This document shows, piece by piece, positions 1 to 10,595 of a stretch of DNA of 24,837 nt (position 1 is the first letter of the stretch; each line of letters begins with the position of its first letter). Location of the stretch: the NCBI RefSeq assembly GCF_004010195.1, contig NC_057719.1, forward strand, positions 72,255,335 to 72,280,171, written 5' to 3'. Under the pieces are notes generated by a model that saw nothing but the letters and a program-made list of their open reading frames with translations, searched no databases and was not told the origin of the DNA. Made by a program: the position numbers and the translations under genes. This stretch comes from Chiloscyllium plagiosum (Eukaryota).

Positions 1-214
1 TGTTGTAGACGTTTCATCCCCTGTCTAGGTGACATCCTCAGTGCTTGGGAGCCTCCTGTGAAGTGCTTCTGTGATGTTTCCTCCGGCATTTATAATGATT
101 TGTATCTGTCGCTTCCGGTTGTCAGTTCCAGCTGCAGTGGCCGGTATATTGGGTCCAGGTTGATGTGCTTATTGATTGAATCTGTGGATGAGTGCCATGC
201 CTCTAAGAATTTCC
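1..214 (-). mobile_element. Penelope-like element 3' end / pseudo-LTR, inverted copy (continues beyond window start)
   Basis: Reverse complement of ~256-476 (one 7-nt deletion, scattered substitutions); encodes FLEAWHSSTDSINKHI on the - strand, the C-terminus of a PLE GIY-YIG endonuclease region. Confidence 0.85.
5..44 (-). ncRNA. Minimal hammerhead ribozyme motif (PLE-associated), stem I mismatched
   Basis: - strand reads gca-CTGAGGA-t-gtcacct-agac-aggggat-GAAA-CGTC-tac. Confidence 0.55.
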
Positions 215-218
215 AGCT

Positions 219-546
219 ACTACTATTATAGGACAAGCCAAACAGAGAACAGCCAGGGAATTCCTAGAGGCATGGCACTCATCCACAGATTCAATCAATA
301 AGCACATCGACCTGGACCCAATATGTCGGCCACTGCAGTGGACAGCTGGAACTGACAACTGGAAGCGGCAGATACAAATCACTATAAATGCCGGAGGAAA
401 CATCACAGAAGCGCTTCACAGGAGGCTCCCAAGCACTGAGGATGTCACCTAGACAGGGGACGAAACGTCTGCAACACAAATTCCCAGCTCGGCAAACAGA
501 ACCACAACAAAGAGCACCCGAGCTACAAATCTTCTCCCAAACTTTG
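219..546 (+). mobile_element. Penelope-like element 3' fragment (GIY-YIG C-terminus plus pseudo-LTR)
   Basis: Frame from 219 reads TTIIGQAKQRTAREFLEAWHSSTDSINKHIDLDPICRPL, homologous to GQAKQRHAREFLEAWHSNHNAINKHIDLDAIYQPL in the ORF at 23700-24266. Ends in gagctacaaatcttctc, like the other PLE ends in the window. Confidence 0.88.
433..472 (+). ncRNA. Minimal hammerhead ribozyme motif (PLE-associated)
   Basis: gca-CTGAGGA-t-gtcacct-agac-aggggac-GAAA-CGTC-tgc: stem I gca/tgc, stem II 6 of 7 pairs, palindromic ACGT stem III, GUC triplet at 467-469. Confidence 0.7.
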
Positions 547-580
547 AAAACAGTTCATCTGATAAGACTTCTTTAGAATT

Positions 581-685
581 GTTCTGAAGAAGTAACAAAG
601 GACTCGAAACATTAACTCTATTTTTTCTGTCTCCACTGATGGTGTCAGATCTGATGGGTCTGTCCAGCACTTTTTGTTTGTTTCT
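581..685 (+). mobile_element. Degenerate PLE-type terminal fragment with decayed hammerhead core
   Basis: ctgaaga...gactcgaaacattaactc...ctccactgatggtgtcagatctgatgggtctgtccagcactttttgttt resembles the copies at 4830-4964 (-) and 19709-19812 (+). Confidence 0.6.
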
Positions 686-881
686 AAAAGGTTTGTTTCT
701 CTTTGCTGTATTTTAAGTTGATTTATTGACCTTTGAACCAAGAACTCTCAGTTGCCTGTCTTTCAAGCATATGCATTTCTAGAAGATAGTTGTTAACATT
801 AATGAAGTTCTTTGTGAGAATTCTATAATTTATATAAAAGCAGCAAATCTACTTTTTCTAATATAGCTGTTCCTTGTGCAG

Positions 882-970
882 ATTCTGATTTATGACCGAT
901 TTGGTCAGGACATCATTTCACCATTGTTGTCTGTGAAAGAATTGAGAGACATGGGCATCACTTTGCACTT
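882..970 (+). CDS. SCFD1: SCFD1 (Sly1, Sec1 family) internal coding exon, 89 nt (probably exon 3)
   Basis: tgtgcag|ATT...CACTT|gtaaga; encodes ILIYDRFGQDIISPLLSVKELRDMGITLH(L), matching vertebrate SCFD1 as I recall it. Confidence 0.96.
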
Positions 971-1559
971 GTAAGATGAATTTAACCTTGAACTTCTAAA
1001 ATGTAACTAGATCATGATGGATAATAATAATGTAAAATGTAGAATAAATTCCTTCCTGTTTGGTAATGCTTTAAGTTGACTTCCATTGGAACAAATATCC
1101 TTGGTATTTTATTTTTTTAGCTAGCAGAATTAATAGCAATTTAGAAATAAACTTCTAAATATATTTATAGAATTCTACATGATTGATTGGAACTGGTTCT
1201 AATTTGAAATTGATGCACATCAATCAGAAAGTTGTTTTGAATTTTGTTAACTAGCTGCAATACAAATGACACCTTTGTTTCCCACCACAATCCTGTTCCC
1301 TGTCCAACATTTCTATCCCTGGCAACTACTGTAGAATGACCAGCTCTATATTTTGTTTGACCCATATTGTATTTGATCATATGAGCAAAATATTTGATCA
1401 TATTTTGCTATCCCAGGACTGTCTTTGGCTGCCTTCATGACATTGTTTGACTCTAGTCCTGCCTTAGCTGCTCTGTTAAAATTCTCATCCATGCCATTGT
1501 TATTTCTTGATTGTCTTATTGATGCCCTGAGAGGATTCCCACCTTCTACCCTACTTCTA

Positions 1560-2020
1560 TACTTTTGGCCATCCAAACCTCTGCTGGCTTTGTCTTAAAT
1601 CAGTGCAGATCTCATTCATCCATCACTCCTCTGCTTGTTGACATTCAGTGGCTTGTTATCTGACAATACCTCAATGTTAAAATTGTTTAAGGCTTTTTTA
1701 AAAATCTATGCAAGCCTGTACAGACCCTTCCAGGATTATGATCTTTTGAAATATCTGAGCTCCTCCAACTTTTGCATTTGCGTATCTTTCATTTTAAAAA
1801 CTGCACTACTGGTAGCTGTGCTTTCACTTGCCCTGGTTAGAAGCTCTGAAATTCCCTCACTAACCTTCTCCAACTCTCTCTCTTAAAATGCTCCCTAAAG
1901 CCTACGTTTTTGATCAATCTATCAGCATTTGTCCTCCTTTGGTTTGATGTCAAAAATGTTTTTATTGATGTCACTCTTGACATTTTATTATGTTTAATGC
2001 ATTAACGCATATATATTATT
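1560..2020 (+). mobile_element. Old L2-type LINE 3' fragment
   Basis: catcactcctctgcttgttgacattcagtggct (HITP-L--LHWL-like L2 ORF2 end) followed by a sequence resembling an L2 3' UTR; heavily diverged. Confidence 0.5.
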
Positions 2021-2196
2021 GAAAGCAAGTCATGAATTTTGATTTGAGAGCATATTTATAAAACATATTTTGTGCAAAAGCAAATGTTGATTTTCCAGTA
2101 TTTGTATTTTTAAAAAAACTATGCTTTTCTCTTGATATATTTAGTATGTTTAGTACAGTACGTAGTTTGATCTTAAATTGCAGATAAATTTTTCAG

Positions 2197-2287
2197 GCTG
2201 TTACACTCTGATCGAGATCCTATTCCAGATGTTCCAGCAATATATTTTGTTATGCCAACAGAAGAAAATGTTGATCGAGTTTGCCAG
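2197..2287 (+). CDS. SCFD1: SCFD1 internal coding exon, 91 nt
   Basis: tttcag|G CTG...TGC CAG|gtaatt; [30 protein letters not shown]; phase matches the previous exon (tt+g). Confidence 0.96.
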
Positions 2288-2445
2288 GTAATTGACAGAT
2301 GATTAGGTAATTAATGTGGCTTTTATGGTTTCTGTGATGTAAAACTTTAACTGATGTTGAAACTTTTACCTTGCTATTAAATTTATATGTCTATTTCAGT
2401 TTGGTTCCGGTAACAATTTGTATAGAATCTAATTTATTTTTGTAG

Positions 2446-2568
2446 GATCTTCGGAACCAGCTTTATGAGTCTTATTACTTAAACTTCATCTCAGCAATTT
2501 CAAGGAGTAAACTTGAAGACATTGCTAGTGCAGCTTTGAGTACTAATGCAGTGTCTCAAATTGCCAAG
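2446..2568 (+). CDS. SCFD1: SCFD1 internal coding exon, 123 nt
   Basis: ttttgtag|GAT...AAG|gtaagt; DLRNQLYESYYLNFISAISRSKLEDIASAALSTNAVSQIAK. Confidence 0.97.
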
Positions 2569-3262
2569 GTAAGTTTGTTTTATCAGCTCAAAACTTGATG
2601 CTTTGGTGTGACCTTCTCACTTGTTTATTTCCTGGGCTTAAAGTAGTATGGAAACATAATGGTTTAAATCCAAGATATCTCTTTTCATGTATGTTGGTAT
2701 TTGCCTTGTAAAATTTCCATTTGGAAGCTGTTCAGCTGTGAATCCTAAGTCTTGAGTGTATTGCTTGCAGTTTTGTTCATCTTTTGTGGGCCAAATCTGT
2801 TAACATTTGTTTCAGTGGGTCAAGCATGAGTTGCTAATCAAAATAATAGGACGGTTTCTTTTATGCTGTTAAATGAAATATGTAGCTGTGTCTCCATGGC
2901 AATTTGTTTGGTGCAATCAGTTTCTGATCACCTAGCTCCACACAATTGCCATTTACATTTTTTAAGGCTGAGAGACTAAAATTAGAATATGTAATTGAAT
3001 CAAATGATGTGCTGGCTACGGTTGAGTAATGTTCACTATACAGCAAGGTTAATATTTTAGTTTTGTTATAACATTTGTGCAACTTAATCACATTGATAAA
3101 ATCACATACAGCTGTATCTACTATATGACTTAATTATGGAAGTTATCAAATTATTAATTTGGGCTGAAATATATTAGTTGTAAATTGATTTATATATCAG
3201 AATGCAAATTTCTGATGCATAGAACATTTTCCTCTCTTGATTTCCTATTTTAAGTATTGTCA

Positions 3263-3628
3263 TCCAGAGATTCTGGAAAACTCCTGTAGTTTGAAAAACT
3301 GCAGAGATAACAACTGTGTTCAGAAAAAGAGGGGAAAATAGCCATGAACTATGGGCCAGTTAACAAAATATCTTTCATTGGGACAATGCTGGAATAGTTA
3401 TTTAGGAAGATATAGCAGAACATTTAGAAAAATCTACAATAAGTAGAGTCAACATGGTTTTATGTGAGGAAATTATGCTTCATCAATTCATTAGCATTCT
3501 TGGTGATGTAACAAGTACAGTAGATAAAGAGGAACAAATGATGGAATGTATTTGCATTTCCAAAGACACTTGATCGATGAGGTAGTACAAAAGACAGGTA
3601 CACAGAATTAAAGGTCACCGTGTAAAGG
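3263..3628 (+). mobile_element. Degenerate CR1 LINE RT fragment (left part, interrupted by a PLE)
   Basis: Decayed equivalents of NYRPV (aactatgggccagtt), SQHGF (agtcaacatggtttt) and VDKG/YLDF motifs; many stops and indels. Confidence 0.7.
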
Positions 3629-4324
3629 GCACCGTGGGCGCAAAACCTGCGCCCACACCTCCCCCCTTACTTCCCTCCAAGGCCCCAAGGGACACTTCCA
3701 TATCCGCCACAAATTCACCTGCACCTCCATACACATCATCTATTGCATCCGCTGCACCCGATGTGGCCTCCTCTATATTGGGGAGACAGACAGCCTACTT
3801 GCGGAACATTTCAGAGAACACCTCTGGGACACCCAGACCAACCAACCCAACCACCCCGTGGCTCAACATTTCAACTCCCCCTCCCACTCCACCAAGGACA
3901 TGCAGGTCCTTGGACTCCTCCATCGCCAGACCATGGCAACACGACGGTTGGAGGAAGAGCGCCTCATCTTCTGCCTGGGAACCCTCCAACCACAAGGGAT
4001 GAACTCAGATTTCTCCAGTTTCCTCATTTCCCCTCCCCCCACCTTGTCTCAGTCAAATCCCTCGAACTCAGCACCGCCTTCCTAACCTGCAATCTTCTTC
4101 CTGACCTCTCCGCCCCCACCCCACTCCGGCCTATCACCCTCACCTTGACCTCCCTCCACCTATCGCATTTCCAAAGCCCCTCCCCCAAGTCCCTCCTCCC
4201 TACCTTTTATCTTAGCCTGCTGGACACACTTTCCTCATTCCTGAAGAAGGGCTTATGCCCGAAACGTCGATTCTCCTTGGATGCTGCCTGACCTGTTGCG
4301 CTTTTCCAGCAACACATTTTCAGC
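3629..4324 (+). mobile_element. Penelope-like element (Neptune-like), 5'-truncated: GIY-YIG endonuclease plus 3' terminal region
   Basis: The frame of ORF 3858-4085 extends upstream as FTCTSIHIIYCIRCTRCGLLYIGETDSLLAEHFREHL...VAQHFNSPSH...EERLIFCLGTLQPQGMN (GIY-YIG motif IIY...YIG); C-rich tail; hammerhead motif at 4239-4270. Confidence 0.9.
4239..4270 (+). ncRNA. Minimal hammerhead ribozyme motif (PLE-associated)
   Basis: tc-CTGAAGA-a-gggc-ttat-gccc-GAAA-CGTC-ga: perfect 4-bp stem II, intact core, ACGT palindrome, GUC triplet. Confidence 0.7.
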
Positions 4325-4330
4325 ACCCTG

Positions 4331-4435
4331 TATATTAGTATAGATAGAGAATGGGTTGACTGTTAGGACACAGAGTCAGGACAAATGGGTCACTTTCAGG
4401 TTGACAAATTGTCATTAATGTGTTAGCCCAGTGTC
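4331..4435 (+). mobile_element. Degenerate CR1 LINE RT fragment (right part)
   Basis: tatattagtatagatagagaatgggttgactgttaggacacagagtcaggacaaatgggtcactttcaggttg is a decayed ILAWIENWL..RKQRV..NGSFSGW, continuing 3263-3628. Confidence 0.7.
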
Positions 4436-4829
4436 CTGTCTTTAACTTAAAATATGATCTATATTTGCTTCTTCTGCAAGTAATTTTTAAAAAAAATAGA
4501 CATTGTTAAGATGCTGTTGGAGGTAGTTGACTCAGAATGTCTGCAGAGACTCAAAGATATCTCAGCCTCCTCATGGAGTGATTATAGTCAAATTACTTCC
4601 CTTGAATATGCCTACCAAGACAGCAGCTATTTGCGGAATTCATATCTGTGACATCTGTAGACTTAGCCAAAACTTATGTGCAGACTTTGTATTTCCAAGT
4701 TTGAAAATGAATAAAGAGTAGGAATGATTCATCATAAGTAGGTGTGAATAAGCCACCCGTTTCCCATTGTGTAGCAATGAAATTGGACTTCCAGCCATTC
4801 CAGATGAACAGTAGAAGTATTGATTAGAT

Positions 4830-4964
4830 AAATAAAACAATGAACTGTGGATGTTGGAGATCGGAAACAGAAACAGAAATTGCTGGTGAAACTCTGCAGG
4901 TCTGTCAGCATCTGTGGGAAGAAAGCAGGGTTAATGTTTTGAGTCTGGTGACTCTTCGTCAGAA
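4830..4964 (-). mobile_element. PLE-type terminal fragment with decayed hammerhead core
   Basis: - strand reads tt-CTGACGA-a-gagtc-acca-gactc-AAAA-CATT-aa, then ccacagatgctgacagacctgcagagtttcaccagcaatttctgttt. Confidence 0.7.
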
Positions 4965-5054
4965 TATAAGTTTACTTTCTGCTTTTTTTCCCCACAAGTA
5001 TTGATCAGGTGTTGGAGCTGGCAGGCACCTGTTTAAAAAATGTCTTCAGATGAC

Positions 5055-5138
5055 AGATTGGGTTAGGATATCTGGTCAGCATGGACAGGTTGGACCGAAG
5101 GGTCTGTTTCCATGCTGTACATCTCTATGACTCTATGA
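5055..5138 (+). mobile_element. CR1 LINE 3' terminal fragment
   Basis: Nearly identical to 17306-17364; ends in (CTCTATGA)2, a CR1-type microsatellite tail. Confidence 0.85.
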
Positions 5139-5748
5139 GGTTTCTTTTATTCCAAGAATCAGGAAGAAACCAAGTCAATCTGTGTACAGCAGCAGACAGG
5201 GTAGTGACATATATGTCTTTGAAGAGCTGGAAACTATATCTCTGTTTCTAGCCTGTTCCAGTTCAAGCCCACCAGTACAGAAAACAAATGCTCTAACAAT
5301 GAAACAATAATTAACTAGAATTTTAATTTGTTGAAAATCCCATTTCTTCAGGGATATTCTACAGTCGTCCTAATGTGTAACTCTGACAGTTGAATTCTGC
5401 AAGACTACCCTTCAAGGGTGCAAACACCTTTTCATCAGGCATGGAATGTGTGCTTTACATCCAGAATATGCCAAAAGCTTGAACTATGAACCAATCTTTT
5501 GCTTGTGACTTGCAAAAAGCGCATTATTCTCTTTACCTTTTCTTTTCCTCAAGTGACTGTGTGAGTGCTGAGTCTGTAGTGTAGCCTTAAACTTTTGGAG
5601 TGAATACATGAATAACTAAATCCCTTTATTTAAAACCCTGAAAGCTGAGGAGGGTAGATATTTGAATAATATTGGGGACAGAGAAAAATAAATGATGCAG
5701 AATCTCAATCAGTGCAGGTTGAATTTTTAAATTTTGTTTTTATTAATT

Positions 5749-8700
5749 TAGAACATAGAACATTACAGTGCAATATAGACCCTTCGGCCCTCGATGTTGC
5801 GCCTACCTGTGAGACCAATGTAAAGCCCATCTAATCTACACTATTCTATTTTCATCCATATGTTTATCAAATGACCATTTAAATGTCCTGAACCTTGGCG
5901 AGTCCACTACTGTTGCAGGCAGAGTATTCCTTACTACTGTCTGAGTAAAGAACCTATGTCAGACATCTGTTTTATATTGAACACCCCTCAATTTAAAGCT
6001 GTGTCCCCTCGTGCTAGCCATCACTATCAGTGGAAAAAGTCTTTCACTGTCCACCCTATCTAACCTTCTAATCATCTTGTATGCTTCTATTAAGTCACCT
6101 CTTAACCTTCTTCTCTCTAATGAAAACAGCCTCAGGTCCCTCAGCTTGTCCTCATAAGATCTTTCCTCCATACCAGGCAACATCTGATCAATCTCCTCTG
6201 CACTCTTTTCAATGCTTCCACATCCTTCCTATAACGTGGCAACCAGAACTGTAGGCAATACTTCAAGTGTGGCCATACCAGAGTTTTGTACAGCTGCAAC
6301 ATGACCTCATGGCTCTGAAACTCAATTCCTCTACCAATAAAAGCTAACACACCATATGCCTTCTTAACAACCCTATCAACCTGGTTGACAACTTTCAGGG
6401 ATCTATGCACATGGACACCAAGATTTCTGTGCTCATCCTCACTACCAAGAATCTTACCATTAGCCCAGTACTCTGTGTTCCTGTTACTCCTTCCAAAGTG
6501 AATCGCTTCACACTTTTTTGCATTAAACTCCATTTGCCACTTCTCAGCCCAGCTCTGCAGCTTATCGATATCCCTCTGTAATCTGCAACATCCTTCCACA
6601 ATGAACACAACTGCACCGACTTCAGTGTCATCCTCAAATTTACTAACCCATCCTTCTACACCCTCATCCAGGTCATTTATAAAGATGACAAACAGCAGTG
6701 GCCCCAAAACTGATCCACTAGTAACTGAACTCCAGAATGAACATTTCCCAACAACCACCACCCTCTGTCTTCTTACAGCTAGCCAATTTCTGATCCAAAC
6801 CGCTAGATCACCGTCAATCCCATGCCTCCGTATTTTCAGTAATAGCCTACTGTGGGGAACCTTATTAAACATCTTACTGAAATCCACATACACCACATCA
6901 ACTGCTTTACCCTCATCCACCTGTTTGGTCACCTTCACAAAGAACTCACTAAGGTTTGTGAGGCATGACCTACCCTTCACAAAACTGTGTTGACTATCCC
7001 TAATCAAATTATTTCTTTCTAGATTATTATAAAACCTGTTTCTTACCATCCTTTCCAAAACTTTGCCCACAACAGAATTAAGGCTCACTGGTCTATAATT
7101 ACCCGGGTTGTCTCTACTCGCCTTCTTGAACAAGGGGACAACATTTACTGTCTTTCAGTCTTCTGGCGCTAATTCTGTAGACAATGATGGTATAAAGATC
7201 AAAGCCAAAGATTCTGTAGTCTCCTCCATAACTTCCCAGAGAATCCTGGGATAAATCCCATCCAGCCCAGGGGACTTATCTATTTTCACATTTGCCAGAA
7301 ATGCTAACACCTCCTTATGTACCTCAACCCGTCTCGCCTAATAGCCTGTATTTCAGTATTCCCCTCGACAACATTGTCTTTTTTCCTGTGTGAATACTGA
7401 CAAAAAATATTCATTTAACGCCTCACCTATCTCTTCAGATTCCATGCACAGCTTCCCACTACTGTCCTTGATTGGCCCCAATCTTATCCTAATCATTCTT
7501 TTATTCCTGACACACCTTCAAGGAAAGCTTTAGGGTTTTCCTTGATTCTACCTGCCATGTCCCCTCTTGGCTCCTCTTAGCTCTCTCTTTAGATCCATAC
7601 TGGTTAACTTGTAATTCTCAAGCGCTCTAACTGAGCCTTCATGTCTCATCGTTATTTAAGCCTCCTTCTTCCTCTTGACAAGAGATTCAGCTTTTTAGTA
7701 AACCACGGTTCCCTTACTGAACCACTTCCTCCCTGCCTGACAGGTGCACACTGATCAAGGATATGCAGTAGCTGTTGCTTGAACAAGCTCCACACTTCAG
7801 TTGTGCCCATCCCCTGCAGTTTCCTTCCCCAGCCTATGCATCCTAAATCTCGCCTAATTGCATCATAATTGCCTTTCACCCCGCTAAATGTCTTGCCTAC
7901 AATATATATCTATCCATCCCTTTCCATTGTTAAAGTAAATATAATCGAATTGTGGTCACTATCACCAAAGTGCTCACCTACCTCCAAATCTAACACCGGT
8001 CCTGTACCAAATTCAATGTGGCCTCACCTTTTGTTGGCCTATCTACATGCTGCGCTAGGAAACCCTCATGCACACATTGGACAAAAGCTGACCCATCTAA
8101 AGTACTCGAACTATAGCGTTTCCAGTCAATATTTGGAAAGTTAAAGTTCCCCATAACAACTACACTGTTACTCTCATTCCTATCCAAAATCATCTTTGTA
8201 ATCCTTTCCCCTACACCTCTGGAACTTTTCAGAGGCCGATAGAAAACTCCCAACAGGGTGACCTGTCCTTTCCTGTTTCTAAACTGACCACATACTATCT
8301 CAGTAGATGAGTCTTAATCTAATGTCCTTTCTGCCACCGTAATACTGTCTTTGACTAGCAATGTCACATCTCCCCTTCTTTTACCACATTCCCTGATCCT
8401 TCTGAAACATCTAAACCCCAGAACCTGCAACAATCTGTCCCTACTCTATCCATGTCTCCGAAATGGCCACAACATTGAAGTGCCAGGTACCAACCCATGT
8501 TGCCAGTTCACCCATCTTATTCCGGATGCTCCTGGCGTTGAAGTAGACACACTTCAAACAACCTTCCTGCTTGTCGGTATACTTTTGCAACCTTGAAACC
8601 TTATTTCTGACCTCACTACTCTCAGCATTCTGTACATGAGCTACAATTCAGGTTCCCATCCCCCTGCTGAATTAGTTTAAACTCTCCCAAAAAGCATTCA

Positions 8701-8824
8701 CAAATAAAACCCCCCCCCCGTTTTAGGTGGAGACCATCCTGTTTGTCGAGGTACCGCCTACCCCAGAAAGAACCCTAATTATCCAAGTATCTGAATTCTT
8801 CTCTCCTGCACCATTCCCTGTAGC
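5749..8824 (-). mobile_element. CR1 LINE, long copy: end of ORF1 esterase, APE endonuclease, RT and 3' tail (disrupted)
   Basis: - strand: DGLHL esterase motif near 8725-8820, APE motifs (GVFYRP, MGNFNFPNIDW in ORF 7990-8253), RT ORF 6141-7133, C-terminus ORF 5959-6183, and a (TTCTATG)-like tail at 5749-5762. Confidence 0.95.
5959..7133 (-). pseudogene. CR1 ORF2 reverse transcriptase remnant
   Basis: NYRPVSL, SQHSFVKGRSCLTNL, GSVLGPLLFVIFINDLD, SKFEDDT (FADD altered; the VPQG segment is missing); frameshift near 6183. Confidence 0.9.
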
Positions 8825-8826
8825 TA

Positions 8827-9736
8827 TCTAGTTCTGGACTTCCCCACCCCAGGAGAAAGATCTTGTATATTTACCATATCCATGCCCCTCATGATTTTAT
8901 AAACCTCTATAAGGTCACCACTGAGCCTCTGACGCTCCAGGGAAAACAGCCAATTCAACCTCTCCCTACAGCTCACATCCTCCAACCCTGGTAACATCCT
9001 TGTAAATATTTTCTGAACTTTTTCAAGTTTCACAACATCCTTCCGATAGGAAGGAGACAGAATTGCTCGCAATATTCCAACAGTGGCCTAACCAATGTCC
9101 TGTACAGCTGCAACATGACCTCCCAACGTCTGTACTCAATACTCTGACCAATAAGGGAAAGCAAACCAAACGCCTTCTTCACTATCCTATCTGCCTGTGA
9201 CTCCACTTTCAGGGAGTTATGAACCTGCACTCCAAGGTCTGTCTGTTCAGCACCACGCCCCCAGGACCTGGCCATTAAGTATATAAATCCTGCTAAGATT
9301 TGCTTTCCCAAAATGCAGCACCTCGCATTTTCTAAATTAAACTCCATCTGCCACTTCTCTGCCCATTGGCTCATCTGATCAAGATCCTGTTGTAATCCGA
9401 GGTAACCTCCTTTGCTGACCTCTACACCTCCAATTTACATGTAATCAGCAAACTTACTAACCATTCCTCTTAAGCTCATATTCAAATCATTTATATAAAC
9501 GACGAAATGTAGTGGACCCAGCAACAATCCTTGTGGCACTCCACTGGTCACAGGCCTCCAATCTTAAAAATAACCCTCCACCACCACCCTCTGTCTTCTA
9601 CCTTTGAACCAGTTCTGTATCCAAATGGCTAATTCTCCCTGTATTCCATGAGATCTAACCTTGCTAACCAGTTTCCCATGGGGAACCTTGTCGAACATCT
9701 TAGTGACGTTCATATAAATCACGTCTACTGCTCTGC
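8827..9736 (-). mobile_element. CR1 LINE RT fragment of a second subfamily (same as 16436-17372)
   Basis: ORFs 8824-9072 and 9030-9374 (WAEKWQMEFN, DLGVQVH, LYRTLVRPLLEYC, LFSLERQRLSGDLIEVYKI); long near-identical stretches with the reverse complement of 16436-17110. Confidence 0.93.
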
Positions 9737-10595
9737 AGATTAATTGTGATTTACAGATTGTGCCACTGTAGAAATATCATGGTCTTCTAGTTTGTACTTT
9801 AATACTTTTATACTTTACAGCTTTGCCTATGTTTATAAAGGTATTCTAATTGTAGAATACCCACTCTGTTTCCTTCTGCTTTTTAATTATTCTTTTGCAT
9901 TTTGTAGCTTGCTACTCATTTCCTTTTTTATTCTACTTCTCAAGTACATTTCTAGGAGTAACTACCTCCCTATGGCTGTAATCTATAACTGTCTCTGGCT
10001 CCTGGGATTCAGGCATCTCAAAAGAGAATCCGGTTATATAACCTAAAGTACACCATTGTTCAATGGTACTACAATTTATTCATTAAATAATGACATGCAG
10101 TGGGATGCTTAGCAAGGAGAAGTAGTATTGAAGTATGTTTTATTTGTCTTATTCATAAGACATCTGGAAGTCAAGTACTCTGGAAATGTCTCAAGAAATA
10201 TAGAAGACTAAAATTGTACAATTTCAAGAGTCTGGCAGGTGAATTGTTCTGTAATCCTTTTAGCTAACAAAAATCTATGTCAATTTTGAAATGATCAATT
10301 GATCTAGCAACAACAGATTTTAAAGGAAAGTGTTCCAGGATCTACTACGTGTTGTGTGAACTTCTTTCTGATATCACTCTTGAATTGCGTTGCTCTAATT
10401 TCACCTAATCAAAATGTATAGGACTGATTAGGTACTGAATGATCAGGCTCATAACATGTAAATAGCGATTTGATGAATTAAGGACCATTAAATTTTACAT
10501 GAAAGCTTATATTATGAAAACACACATAACTAAAGTTGTTGGCAATATGACAGCTTTCTTTCCTTATATATAGGGCTAAAAACTGCTTTTGAAAT

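Noticed and set aside
867..881. Alternative in-frame acceptor (atatag) 15 nt upstream of the first exon
   Set aside because: It sits only a few nt after a likely branch point (ttctaat), so it is probably skipped; the downstream AG gives the conserved protein.
3634..4291. Pro/Ser/Thr-rich ORFs of 122 and 182 aa
   Set aside because: Alternative frames of a C-rich PLE; the meaningful frame is the GIY-YIG one.
3629..4330. Possible target-site duplication gcaccgtg / gcaccctg around the PLE
   Set aside because: Short, mismatched and overlapping the element's own ends; not distinguishable from chance.
6601..6993. 130-aa + strand ORF
   Set aside because: Antisense shadow of the CR1 RT.
6141..7133. 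330-aa RT ORF as an active or domesticated gene
   Set aside because: FADD is changed to FEDD, the VPQG segment is deleted, and the flanking ORF2 is frameshifted; it is a decayed CR1.
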